Source: Scenedesmus sp. PABB004
Taxonomy: Eukaryota
Direction: 5' to 3'
Length of the DNA: 64,000 nucleotides
Assembly (NCBI GenBank): GCA_014905635.1
Contig: JABVCE010000002.1
Coordinates: forward strand, 2,046,001 to 2,110,000
Shown here: positions 43,752 through 54,861 of the stretch, in pieces
Numbering within the stretch: the stretch's first letter is position 1
Layout of the letters: each line of letters starts with the position of its first letter
The notes under the pieces: model-generated
What the model was told of the DNA's origin: nothing
Database searches by the model: none
Seen by the model: only the letters and a program-made list of their open reading frames with translations
Translations under genes and position numbers: made by a program

Positions 43752-45604
43752 ATGGACGAGCCGCAGCGCCCGCCGCCGGCGCCGCCGGTGCAGCCGCTGC
43801 TGCCCTTTGACGACCCCTGGTCGCTGCGCACGCGGCCCTGCTCGTTCGAAGTGCGGCGCCCCGGGCCAGCCGCGGCGGCAGCGACGGCGCGAGCAGCGGC
43901 GAGCCCGGCGGCCCTGCCGCGCGGAGCTCGGCGCACCGCGTGCGCGCCGCAGGACCTCGTGACTGCGGGCGAGGTGGTCTCGCTCAACCACATTCGCGAC
44001 ATGTCGGGCCAGAGAAACGTCAGCCTCGTGCGCGAGGGCACCAAGTTTGGCTGCGCGCCGGACCAGGTCGCGGGGTGAGCCGGCGCGGCGCGGCGGTCGC
44101 CGCCGCCGCCGGCTGTGCGCGGGCGCCGCGCGGCCACACAGCCGCGGCGGCGACGGCGCGCAGGTTCAAAAAGTACCTGTCGAACGTCGCCACGCTCATT
44201 GAGCAGGAGGGCGACCGCTTTGACCTGGCGTTCGAGTGGACCAGCCCGCTCAGCGGCCGCCCCGGGCGCTTCTTCCAGCTCCACGGCCTGCGCAAGGAGG
44301 CGGCCATGGTGCGGCGCGCGGCGCACTGGGCTGCCGCGCCGCGCGCGGCAGCCCCCCGCAGCCCGCCGCCGCCGACCGCCGCCGGCCGCCGCCTCGGCAG
44401 GCGACGAGCCTGTACGCCGCGCTGCTGCGCCAGCTCGCGCACCAGGGCGTGGCCGACCTGCTCGGCCTCAGCCCCGGCAGCACCGCGCTGCCGCCGGGCG
44501 GCGACGCGGCCGCGGCGGCGCTCGCGGCGGCGGTCGCGCAGCTGCGCGGCGCGGCGGGCGTGTACGAGCACCTCGCCGAGAGTGTGCTGCCGCCGCTGTT
44601 CGCCGAGCTCAAGGGCGACAGGCGCGCAGCGCCGCGCGGCGTGCACGCCGCGGCGCCGGCGTCTGGCGCGCGGGCGCGCTCGCCGCCGCCCAGCCCGCTC
44701 GCCTGCCCCGCCCGCCTACGGCCGCACGCCCACGGCCACGCACCCGCCGCGCCGCGCCCGCGCCAGGCCCGGCGAGATCATGGCGCGCCTCGCCACGGCG
44801 ATGGCGCAGCTCTGCCTCGCCGAGGCGCAGGCGCTGACCGCGTTCCGCGCCGGCGCGCGCGCCGGCAGCAGCGCGCCCGTGGTCGCGAGCCTCCACGTGG
44901 GCGCGGCGGAGCTCTACGAAAGGGGCGTGAAGACGATCCGAGATTACATCGGTGCGCGCCCGCGCCGCGCGGGCTGGCGGCGCCCCAGCCCGCGGTGGTG
45001 GCACGCAGCAGCGGCGGCCCGGCGCGCCGCCGCCGCCGCCGCCACACCCACCGCGACCGCCGCTTCGACCGCCGCGCGGCCGCGCAGGTGACTACACCAT
45101 CGCGTCGGACCGGCTGCGCCGCTACTTGGCCATTGGGGCGAGCCTCGCCACAGCGCGCGCGCACAAGGCGCGCGCAGCGCCCGCCTCGACCGCCGCGCGC
45201 GCCCGCCCGCGCGCGCGTCAGCCGGCCGGCGCCGCCGTCCGCGCGCCGAGCTCGCCGCCCGACCGCGCGCCGCGCAGGTGATGGCGGGCGAGCACCACGC
45301 GCAGCTGCAGGCCGGCGCCGCCGAGCGCGCGTGCGCCGAGGCGCAGGCGCTGCTCGCGACATGCATGTCGGCTGCCGACTGCGATGCGGCGTGGCGCGGC
45401 GTGCTGTCCGCGGAGCTGGCTGAGGTCGAGCGCATCAAGAAGCCGATCGAGAGCGATCGCCTCGTTGTGTACTGCCAGCCGCTGCCGCGCGAGGCGCCGG
45501 CGCTGCCGGCGGGCAAGGTGCTCGTGTCGCCGCTCGCCTACCAGCCCGAGCGCCTGCCCTCCACGGCGGGCGAGCTGGCGGGCGCCGCCGCCGCGCACTC
45601 GTGA
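43752..45604 (+). CDS. BRO1-like domain protein (BROX/plant endosomal-targeting type)
   Basis: FEWTSPLSG, QLRGAAGVYEHL, D|RPGE, LCLAEAQA and C-terminal VVYCQPLP...PAGK fit the BRO1 pattern. Confidence 0.75.
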
Positions 45605-46076
45605 GCCCTGCGGCGTGAGCCCTTCTGTTTATCTGCGGCAGTCAATCGTGCGTGCCACCGATCGCGAGGGCCTGACCCACCGATCAGCCCCCGCGCTGCA
45701 GCCCCCGCGCCCCTGCGTCCAGCGCCCGCGGGGGCAGGGCGGCCGCGGCCGCCGGGCCGCGGCCTCGCCCGCCGCGCCCCCGCTCGCGGCCCGCTCGCCC
45801 CGGAGGGAGAGGGACAGCCCCAAGACCCAGCCTGACGCCGCTCCGCCGCCGCGCCCGGGCCCGGGGCGCGCGGGGGCGGCCGCCGATCAATCGCAGCAGG
45901 CCCCGGCGCCCTCCCGCGCTCCCTGCGGCTCCCTGCGGGCGGGCGATCCGCCCCGGCGCCCTAGCCAACGATAGTGCGTGCGTGGGCGGCGTGGCACGCG
46001 GTCGCGTGGCGTGTGCGGCCGCCGGCGGTCGCCGGCGGCTCGCGGCGGCTGCTGCTGCTGCTGCGGCCGCGCCGCG

Positions 46077-46161
46077 GGGGCTGATGAGAAACACACACCA
46101 CAGACCTGTTCTGACAGGGTCTCAACCCATGTAGAGACTGTTCATGCACCACTCTGACCCC
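46077..46161 (+). ncRNA. C/D-box snoRNA, predicted double guide for 18S rRNA (sites equivalent to yeast Gm1428 and Gm1271)
   Basis: Terminal GGGG/CCCC stem; C box TGATGA 46082-46087. D' CTGA 46111-46114 is preceded by CACAGACCTGTT (antisense to 18S AACAGGUCUGUG). D CTGA 46154-46157 is preceded by CATGCACCACT (antisense to 18S GUGGUGCAUG). Target numbering is from recalled yeast 18S sequence plus the D+5 rule. Confidence 0.88.
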
Positions 46162-46222
46162 AGAGGCGCGCGCTGCGTGCCGTTGCGTGTGCGCGGGCGT
46201 GCGGGCGCGCTCGCGCGACAAG

Positions 46223-46302
46223 AGGCCGGTGACGACACCTTATCCCAACAGGTTCAGATCCCCCGTGATCGACAACACAACATGCACCACTATCCGAGGC
46301 CT
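46223..46302 (+). ncRNA. C/D-box snoRNA, U33/snR55-like (18S site equivalent to yeast Um1269)
   Basis: Terminal AGGCC/GGCCT stem; variant C box GTGACGA 46229-46235; variant D box CCGA 46294-46297 preceded by CATGCACCACTAT. The D+5 rule points to the U in GGUGGUGCAUG. Confidence 0.78.
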
Positions 46303-46479
46303 GCTGCCCCGTTGTTGTTGTTGCCGCGCGCGCGTGGAGGCTGCCCGCCGCAAAGCGTCGCGCGCCGGCGTCTCACCCGCCGCCCGCCGCCGCCCCGCAG
46401 GCCCACACCGGCCGCGCGCGTCGGCACGAGACGCCGCCGACGCGCCCCGCTGCCGCCGCGACTCCAGCAGAGGTGAGCG

Positions 46480-46775
46480 CAGCACGGAGGGCCACTCCGG
46501 TGGACAGATCGGCAGCCGACGCTCCCCCCGCCCCATGGCGGGGGCCCCACAAGCAGCGCGGCGGGCGCAGCAGCAACCGCGATGGAGACCCACCGGGCGA
46601 AAGTCCCCGGGAAATGAGGCAGAGAGTGCCAGCCCTAGCAGGCAGGACCCCCTCGCGCGGCTCGACCTGAGCGGCCTTGGGGCAGCTGACCGTAGCAACA
46701 GTTATGTGTGCCAGCGGGGGCCGGGGCCCCGGCCCCGCGCCCCCCGCGAACTCAACGGGGCTTACTCCCGTGCTG
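46480..46775 (+). ncRNA. RNase MRP RNA
   Basis: CR-I GAAAGTCCCC 46599-46608 and CR-V ACTCAACGGGGCTTACT 46750-46766 form the P4 pseudoknot. P8 hairpin GGCAGAGAGTGCC 46618-46630 has the MRP-type GAGAG loop. CR-IV-like ACAGTTA at 46698-46704. P3 base CCGGTGG/CCACCGG. P1 CAGCACGGAG (46480-46489) pairs with CTCCCGTGCTG (46765-46775). Confidence 0.92.
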
Positions 46776-46836
46776 ACGCCACCTGCGGGCGCCGCCGCCA
46801 CGTGCCGCCGCGCCCGCAGAGCCAGCGGCGCGACGA

Positions 46837-46899
46837 GCCAACTGACGAGTCCACTGAGCACGGACGAAACCCCGCCCCAATGCGAGCGGCGGTCTTGGC
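46837..46899 (+). ncRNA. Type I hammerhead ribozyme; predicted cleavage after GUC at 46894
   Basis: Stem I GCCAA (46837-41)/TTGGC (46895-99); core CTGACGA 46842-48; stem II GTCC/GGAC with a 9-nt loop; GAAA 46866-69; stem III ACCCCGC pairing with GCGGCGGT (one bulged C); GTC triplet 46892-94. Confidence 0.88.
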
Positions 46900-47029
46900 A
46901 AGCTCATCATCATCATCATCAGCAGCAGCAGCAGCAGGCGCAGGGGCAGCGTGTGCGTGGGCCCGCGGGCGGAGCGCCGCGCGGCGGGCTGCGCGTGGAG
47001 GTCGCAGGCCGGACGTGGACGCAGGCGTG

Positions 47030-47034
47030 TGTAA
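47030..47034 (+). terminator. Putative green-algal polyadenylation signal TGTAA for the ncRNA host transcript
   Basis: TGTAA is the known chlorophyte poly(A) signal. It lies about 135 nt downstream of the hammerhead site. Confidence 0.45.
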
Positions 47035-47068
47035 CACGTGCTTGCCCTCCGCGCGCGCTGACCCGGGG

Positions 47069-50000
47069 TCAGGGCATCTCGTCCCGCAGCGCGCGCTGGC
47101 CCGTGAGCTGCGCCACGTGCCCGCGCAGCGTGAGCTGTGGCCCCGCCGCCGGCCCGCGCGCGCCGCCGGGCGGCTGGAAGCGGGCCCGCCCGCCGCGCGC
47201 GGCGCGCCCGCCGGCGAGCCGCGCCGCCTCGGCCGCCGCCGCAGCGCGCTCCTCTGCCTCGTCGCGCTGGTTGGCCTCCAGCACGAGCGCCTTGATGGCC
47301 GATCGCTCGGCCGCCTCGCTGCGCTGCTTGGCCATCAGCCGCACCGCCATTGCCGCGTCGGCCGGCACCTGCAGCCAGCGGGAGGTGTAGCGGCGGCGGC
47401 GGCGGAGCGCGGTCGGCGAGCGGTCGACCGCGGCGCGCGGCGGGCGGCGCTGCGGCGCGGCGGGGCGGCGGCGCGCGCACGTGGATCTCGCGCGAGCGGT
47501 CGTCCTTGCCGCCGCGCCGCATCAGCAGCTTGAAGGTGATTGCGCCGCCGCCCTCGCCCTCGCCGTCCCCGCCGTACGACGGCCCGGCGGTGTGCAGCTG
47601 CAGCTGCGGCTGCTGCTGCGGCCGCAGCTGCTCCGGCGGCGCCGCAGCCGCGGCCTCGCCGCTGCTGCTCGCGGCCGCCGCCGCGGCCGGCGCGCCGGCC
47701 GCTGCCGACGGCGCCGCGGCTCGGCCCTGGCACTCCTGCGGGCGGCGGCGCGGCGGGCGGGCGGGCTGTCAGGTGGCGCCGCGGGCGCGGGGCGCCGCGC
47801 CGCCAGCCCTCGGCCGCTTGCTCCCACCGTCCCGAACCGCGGCGCGGCGCCGCGCCCGCTCCGCGCCGCGGGCGCGGCCCACCTGCAGCAGCGCCGCGTA
47901 CTCCGCCTCAAACTCGGCGTCCGCCTCGCCGCCGGCGCCGCGGTCGTACGCGTCGCCGTCGTCGTCGTCGCTGCTGCCGCCGCCGCCGCCGCCGCCGCTG
48001 CCGCCGCCACCCGAACCGCCGCCGCCGGCGCCGCCGCGGGCGGCGTCGTCAGACTCCGACTCTTCGTCGTCGTCCTCATCAATCGGCGCCAGCCCGCTCG
48101 CGCTCGCGGCCGCCTCCTTGGCCAGCAGCGCGCCCACCGCCGTCGCCGCGTCGGCGTAGCTCGCAAACCGCGGCAGCCCCGGCCGCAGCTGGTCGTACGT
48201 GTCCTGAATGGCGGCGTGGGCGGGGCGGGCGTGCACGCGCGCGTGGGCGCGCGGCGCGCCGGTCGCCGCGGCCGACCCTCCGCCCACCGCATGCGCGGCG
48301 GTCGCGCGCGCGCGCGCGCGCCCCGCGCAGCCCCGCGCCTGCAGGTCCGCGTCCACGTCGAGCGGCAGCGGCTGCTTGGCCAGCACGTACGCCTGCGCGC
48401 GCGCGTGCGCGAGCCGTCGGCGCGGGGGCGCGCGGCGCGCGGAGGACGGCCGCGCGCGGCGGGCCCGCGCCGCGCGGACGGCGCCCGCCCGCTGCCGCGC
48501 CGCACAGCCGCGGTGCCAGCCCGCCGCCGCCGCCGCACAGCCGCGGTGCCAGCCCGCTGCCGCGCGCAGCCTGCGCCCACCTGCATGAAGACCAGGAAGC
48601 GGTCCAGGCGGCGCCGCGCGGCGCCCTTGGAAAAGTACGACCCGCACGTCGCCAGCAGCGCGATCACCTGGCGCCGCGGCGGCGCGTGCGCTCGAGCGCT
48701 CGGGGCCCGAGCGGCCGCGCACAAAAGCGGCGGCGGCGCCGCGCCGCGGCGCCGCCGCCGCCGCCGTCGTGCCCTCTCGCCCGCCGCCGCCGCGCGCCGC
48801 CGCGACCGCACGCACCAGGCGCACGCGGAAAAAGTCGTCGGGCGGGTCCAGGCGGAGCGCGGCCTCCTCGCTCTCGTGGCCGTGGCCGATGAGGAGGTAC
48901 AGCACGTCAAACACGGCCCTGGAGTCCAGCAGCATGTAGTTGTAGCACTCGCCCAGCAGCCGCACCTGTGCGCCGCGCGGCGGCGGGGCACAGCGGCCGG
49001 CGCCGGGGTGGGCGGGGCGGCGGGCGGCGCCGCATGCCCCGCGGGGCGCGCGCCGCGCGCGCCGCGCGCCTGCGCGAGGCGCTGCTGGTAGTTGCCGGCG
49101 GCGGGGTGGTCCAGCCCCCAGCGCACGTCCTCGAGCGCCAGGTCGACCAGGGCGACGCCGAGGCTGTCGTGGTACTGCGCGAGCCCGCCGGCGAGCGAGG
49201 CGACGAGCCCGATGTGCGACACGCGCAGCCGCGACACCTGCGCGCGCGTCGCGGGCGGCGGCGGCGGCCTCGGCGGCGGCGGCGGGCGCGACGGCCTCGG
49301 CGGCGCGGCCGGGCGGCGGCGCGCAGGGCTTGCTCGGTCTGCACGAAGGCGTTCCGACGGCGGCGGCGGCGGCGGTGCTGCTGGCTCGCGCCTTGAGCAG
49401 GCACTTGAGCAGGTAGGGCTCCGCCTCGGCCCATGGCAGCTTGAGGAGCTTCTTGAGCACCACCACGACTGCGCCGTCGGCGAGGCGGTCAAAGACCAGG
49501 TGCCGCACGTACTCCTGCACGCACACAGCGGGCGTGGAGATGTGAGTGTGTGCGCGTGTGTGTGTGTGTGTGTGGGTGTGGGTGGGTGGGTGGAGGGGGG
49601 GGGGCTGAGTGCGCGCTGATCGCGCATCGAGCGGGCGCTGCGCGCGGCGCGCGGCGCGCGCGCCTGCATCGGCGGCCGGCGGCGGCGCTGCGTGGCCTTG
49701 TCGGGCGGGCGGCAGGCGTAGTAGGCGCTGTCGACGGCGTTGCTCTGCCGGCTGTCGAGGTTGCGCGCGTTGCGCAGCCGCATCATCACCGCCAGCAGGT
49801 TCTCCATGCGCACGCGCGACTCTGTGGCGCGGCGGGGCGGTTCGAGCCCGTGGGTCAGCGGCGTCGAGCGCGCGCGCGCGCCACCGCCGGTGGGGCCGCC
49901 CCGCGGCGCGCGGCCCGCCCGGCGGCGCACCCGGCAGGCGCAGCAGGAAGCGGCCCGCGCTCTCCACGAGCGCCGCGGCGGCGTCGACCGCGGGGCCGCT

Positions 50001-52960
50001 GAAGTCGTCCAGCAGCGCCTTGAGCCGCGCCAGCGCCGCGCTCGGGGGCGCGAGCCGGAACTTGGCGAGCTCGGCGAGGTACCTGCGGCACGGGAGCGGC
50101 AAGGCGGCGCGGGGTAAGCGCGGGCGTGAGTGTGTGAGCTTGAGTGTGGTGTGCGCGGGAGGCGGGCGGAGGTGGCGGGCGGCGCGGCCGCGGCGGCGGC
50201 GGCGCGCCGCCCGGGCGCACCGCGCGACGCGCAGGCGCGGCTCCTCGCCCGCGCGCGTGAGGTCCTTCTTGGACGCCAGCGCGTCAAACTCAGCCTCAAC
50301 CGCCGCCTGCACGCCTGCGCGGCAGCGGCCGGCCCGCACGCGTCGGCGCGCGGACCGCACCCGCGCACCCGCGGGGCAGGCGCGCGCGCGCGCAGCGCGA
50401 GAGGGCGGGGTGGGGCGGGGCGCGGCGTGCCGGTTCGTTGTGCGCCGCGCCGGCCGTGCCGCGCACCTGCGCCGACCTCTGGGTATGCCTGGCTGACCGT
50501 CGCCGCCACGCGGGCGTAGTAGGGCAGCAGCTGCAGGTTGCCGCGCGGCACGTCGACGAGCGCGCGCACGAGCTTCTTGCGCGCCCTGCCCCGGCGCGTT
50601 GGCAGGCGGGCGGGCGGTGTGGGCGCGCGGCACGCACGCACAAAGCGCACGCAGGCACACAAAGACACACGCACGCGCAGGCGCGCGCGAACACACAGGC
50701 AGGCGCACCCTTTGCTGTTGCTGTAGCAAAAGTTGACCGCCAGCTCGTCGCAGAGGTCGCGGCTGACGCTGCTCGGCAGGCGCGCCAGGATGACGTCCAC
50801 GGCGCTCGGGTGCTCCGCGACCGCCGCCGCGGCGCCGCCGTCCGGCTCCGCCGGCGCGGCGTCGCCGCCCGGGGCCGCCGCCGCCGCGCCGCCCGGGGCC
50901 GCGGCGGCCGCACCGGCGTCCGCCGCCGCGCCGCCGCCGTCGGCGGCCGGCTCGTCGCCGTCGCCCGCCGCCGCCGGCGCAGCCGCCGGCTGCGGCCGCG
51001 TCGCGTCGCGCAGCAGCACGGTCGGCACGAGGGACCACAGGTCGGGCAGCTGCTCGTAGAAGGCCCGGGTCTCGGGGTCCTCAAACACGTGCTCCGGCGC
51101 CTCGCCGCCCGCGCCGGCGCCGCCGCCGGCGCTCCCGCCGGCGCCGCCGGCGCTGCCGTCGTCCGCGCCGATGCGCGAGAACGCGTCCTCTGCCAGCTCC
51201 GGCAGCGGCTTGCGCAGCGCCTCGGCCATCACCGCGGTCGCGCGGTGCAGCAACTCGTACGCCTTGCGTGACGCCTCGTACTCCGCGGCTGCGCCCTCGG
51301 GCAGCTCGCCCCTGCGCGTGCAGGCGCGCGGTTTGCGGCTGGCGCGCCGCGGCGCGCGGCGGCCGTGCCACGCATCGCGCGCGGCGAGCGGCGGCGGTGC
51401 GCGCCGCGCGCGGCGCACTTGGTGGCGTACGCCTTGGCGTTGTCGCGGTCCAAGGTCAGCAGCGCCTGGTGCGCCTCCACGAGCGCGGCGGAGCAGGCCT
51501 CGAACGCGCGGTCGACGGCGCGGCCCAGCAGCTGCTTCTGCTCGGGCGGGAGCTGGTACCTGAGGCGGCAGCGCCCGGCGGCCGCGCGGCCGCGTGAGCG
51601 CGCGGCCGCGTGAGCGCGCGGCGCGTGAGCGCGCGGCGCGTGAGCGCGTGGGCGGGCCGTGGCCCGCACGGTGCGCCCGCAGGGCAAGACGGCAGCTGAC
51701 GGGGGCGGCGCCGCCTGCGGCGCCGGGCCCCCCGCGGCCGGCCGCACCGCTGCTTGCTCTCCTCCTCCAGCAGCGCCTGCTGCGCCTGCAGCTCCGCGAC
51801 CGCCGCCGCCAGCTCCGGCGGCAGCGACGAGACGTCCTGCGGCGGCCGGGCGCACGCCTGTCAGCGTGGGCCGCCGGCGGCGGCGCCCCGGGCTGCGCCG
51901 CGCCCGCGCGGGCGCACCTCGGCCTTTGCCAGCTCGGCCGGCAGGCCGGCGCTGCCGGGGCCCAGCCCCTCGGGCGGCGCGCCCAGCAGCAGCGGCGCGG
52001 CGGACTTGATGAAGCCACCCAGCAGCGACGCGGCGTGCAGCGAGCCGTCGCGGTCGCCGCCAAAGTCGAGGCCCGCCACCTGCGCGGCGAGGGCACCGGC
52101 GGCGGCGCGACATCAAGTCCGACCCGCCTGCCCTGGGCCGCCGCGTGCGCGCGGTCAGAGACGCCCCCGGCGCCGCGCACCAGCGCGCGGATCGCGCCCA
52201 GCAGGCCGCCGGCGTCGCTGACGATGCCGGCGGCGATCAGCTCGGGCAGCAGGCGCAGCGCGCCGCGCTGCCGCCGTGCGACGAGCCGCTCGTCCTCTGC
52301 TGCTGCTGCACGGACGGAGGCGGCGGCGCAGAGGGGAGCTTGGGCGCGGCGCGGCGGCGCGCGGGCCCGGCGCCCAGCGGCGGCCCGCCAAGCCGCCAAG
52401 CGGCGCGCACCGGCGCCGCCGCCCTTGGCGCCCAGCGCCGCCTTGGCGACCGCGGGGCCCAGGGCGCTGGCAAAATCGGGGTAGCTTCAGAGGGAGTGCG
52501 GAGGCGAGCGCGGGGCGAGCGCGGGGCGGCGGGGCGGCGCCGTCAGTTGCGGGCAGCGGGGGCAGGCACCGCGCGCGCCGCGCGCACCGCGCGTGCAGCG
52601 CCGCCGCCATGTCGAGCGCCGCCGGCACGTCCGCGGCCTTCAGCGGCGCCTCTGCTAGCGCCGCGACCGCCTCGCTCACATACTGCGGGCGCAGCACGGC
52701 AGCAGCGCGGCGCGGTCAGCCCGCGCCTCCCCCGCGCTCCATGCTGTGCGCTGCGCTGCGTGCTGCGCGCCACACCCGGCTGAGGTTGAGCTTGGCGGCC
52801 TCGGCCAGCAGCTGCGCCGCGCCGTCGGCGGAGAGGCCCCGGAGCTTGCGGATGAACGCGCCGTTCTTCTTGATGCTGCTGTCCAGCCGCCCCAGCTCGC
52901 CCTCGGCTGCGCGCGCGCGGCGCGGGCAGCGCGGGCGGCGCGGTCGGCGCGGTCGGCGCA

Positions 52961-53042
<82 letters not shown>

Positions 53043-53211
53043 GGCGGGCAGGCCGGCCCTCGCACGCACCCGGCCGCGCCGGCGAGAGGTTGGACGCCCG
53101 CGCCTCGCGCTGCGCGCGCAGCGCCGCCGTCGCCGCCGCGAGCTGCGCGGTGTGGGCGCTGATGGCCTCCACCGACACGCCCAGCGCCGCGTCGCCGCCG
53201 ACGTCCGCCAT
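47069..53211 (-). CDS. UPF2: Nonsense-mediated decay factor UPF2
   Basis: RLDSSIKKNGAFIRKL, KLNLSR|YVSEAV, VFEDPETRAFYEQLPDL, LLPYYARVAA, YLAELAKF, RLLGECYNY, LDPPDDFFRVRL, an acidic region and the C-terminal ERSAIKALVL segment. Confidence 0.95.
52962..53039. repeat. (GGC)n trinucleotide tract in UPF2 intron 1
   Basis: About 26 consecutive GGC/GCG units are visible. Confidence 0.95.
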
Positions 53212-53679
53212 CCGGGCGCGCAAGCGCCGGGCGGGCCGGCCACCCCCCCACGCGGTGCTTGCAACTGCGGCTGACCGCTGCTACGAGTTACGGGCGGTGG
53301 CGCGGCTGTGCGCAGGCCGCGCCGCGGCCGCGCTGGGCGCCCGGCGCGCTGCTGCTGCCGCCGCCGCCGCGCGCGCGTGGCGGGGTCGGGCGACGCCGCT
53401 CGGTGCCGGGAGGTTGCGGCGAGCGCGCCGGAGCGGAGTGAGGGGGCTGGGGGCGCCCGCTGACGCCTGGAGCTGCTGCGCGGCGCGCCGCAGCGGCGCA
53501 GGCTTAACTTTGTGACAGCCCTGCGCGCAGCCAATGGCGCACACGCCCTCGCCGCTGCGCCACTGTCGTTCAACGCACCCGCCGCGCCTCACCGCCTGCT
53601 TGTGTCAGCGCCTGCGCCGCGGACGCTCGCGGGCCAACAGCAGGCGCCGCACGCAGGGGCCGCGCGCCAGCACCCGGCC

Positions 53680-54861
53680 ATGGGCCGGATAGCGCCCACC
53701 CCGGTGGCGTCAAAGCCGCCACCGCCCAAGCCGGAGGCGCCGCTGCCGGAGAAGATCAACCTGGACGATGCGCACGCCCTCAAGCACCGCCTCGACACGG
53801 CCGCCTCTGAGGTCCGCGGGCGGCGCCGGGGCGCCGGAGCGGCGGCCACGAAGCGGGAGCCCCGCCCGAGCAGCCGCGGCGGCGCGCGCGGGCGGCGCGC
53901 GCGGCGGCGCGGCCCGGCGGTTGCGCGCCGCTGCTGCTGCAACCGCTGCCGCTGCGCGCACCGCGCAGGTCATCCTGCAGTCGGGATATGTGGAGGACCA
54001 CTTGATATCCAACGTCAAGATCGCGCTCGGCCTGGCAGCGTGAGCGACGGGCGACGCCGCCCCGCGCCGTTCGCGGCCGCGCTCGCCGGCGGTGCACGGA
54101 GCAGGGCGGCTGCCGCTGGCACAGGCCCCCGCCCCGCCCCGCCGTGCCGCGCCGCAGCATCGGCGTCGCGGCGCTCTCGCACTTTGGGCCGGGCAAGTTC
54201 CCGGCCAACTGGGGCATGGTCTTTTACTGCGTCGCCGCGTACGTGGTCATCAACGGCGTGCTGCAGATCTTCTGCCACATCAAAGAGGGCGACTCCTTCC
54301 TCGTCACACACCCCAAGGCGGTGCGCGCGCGGCGGCGCCGCGGCGCGCGCGGCGGCGGCGCCGCGGCTGGCGGCCGGCACGCCGGCGGCGGCGCCCAGCA
54401 GCGCCCGACGCGCCGGCGCACCCACCGACGCACGCGGCCGCGCGCCGCCTGCGGCAGGGTGCGGAGTACGGGCTGCGCGTGGCGAGCCACATGGAGCGCT
54501 ACTCGGAGCAGTACGCGCTCATCATCAGCAGCGCCAACAAGTGGCTCGACCGGTGCGCGCCGCGCCGCGCCCGCGCGCGCCCGCACGCGGCGGGCGGCGA
54601 GCAGCGCGCGCCGCGCGGCAGCGGCGGCGGCGCCGGCGCCGCGCGCGCCCAAGGCGCTGCCCCACGGCCCCGCGCCGTGGCCCCAGGGAGATCAAGCTGG
54701 AGACGCCGATCACCGACTACTTCCACGCGGACGGTCACCTCGCCGAGGCGCGGTACAAGAGCCGCGTCGCCAAGCTGCTGTCGCAGTACGAGCGCCTCGA
54801 CGCGAGCAGCGACCCGCGGCCCAAGGCGCTCAACCCGGGCGGCGGCGCAAAGCTCGAATAG
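53680..54861 (+). CDS. SPCS2: Signal peptidase complex subunit 2 (SPC25 family)
   Basis: INLDDAHALKHRLD, GYVEDHLISNVKIALG, two TM segments, KEGDSFL, SHMERYSEQY and ITDYFHADG. Confidence 0.9.
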   Translation: MGRIAPTPVASKPPPPKPEAPLPEKINLDDAHALKHRLDTAASEVRGRRRGAGAAATKREPRPSSRGGARGRRARRRGPAVARRCCCNRCRCAHRAGHPAVGICGGPLDIQRQDRARPGSVSDGRRRPAPFAAALAGGARSRAAAAGTGPRPAPPCRAAASASRRSRTLGRASSRPTGAWSFTASPRTWSSTACCRSSATSKRATPSSSHTPRRCARGGAAARAAAAPRLAAGTPAAAPSSARRAGAPTDARGRAPPAAGCGVRAARGEPHGALLGAVRAHHQQRQQVARPVRAAPRPRAPARGGRRAARAARQRRRRRRRARPRRCPTAPRRGPREIKLETPITDYFHADGHLAEARYKSRVAKLLSQYERLDASSDPRPKALNPGGGAKLE

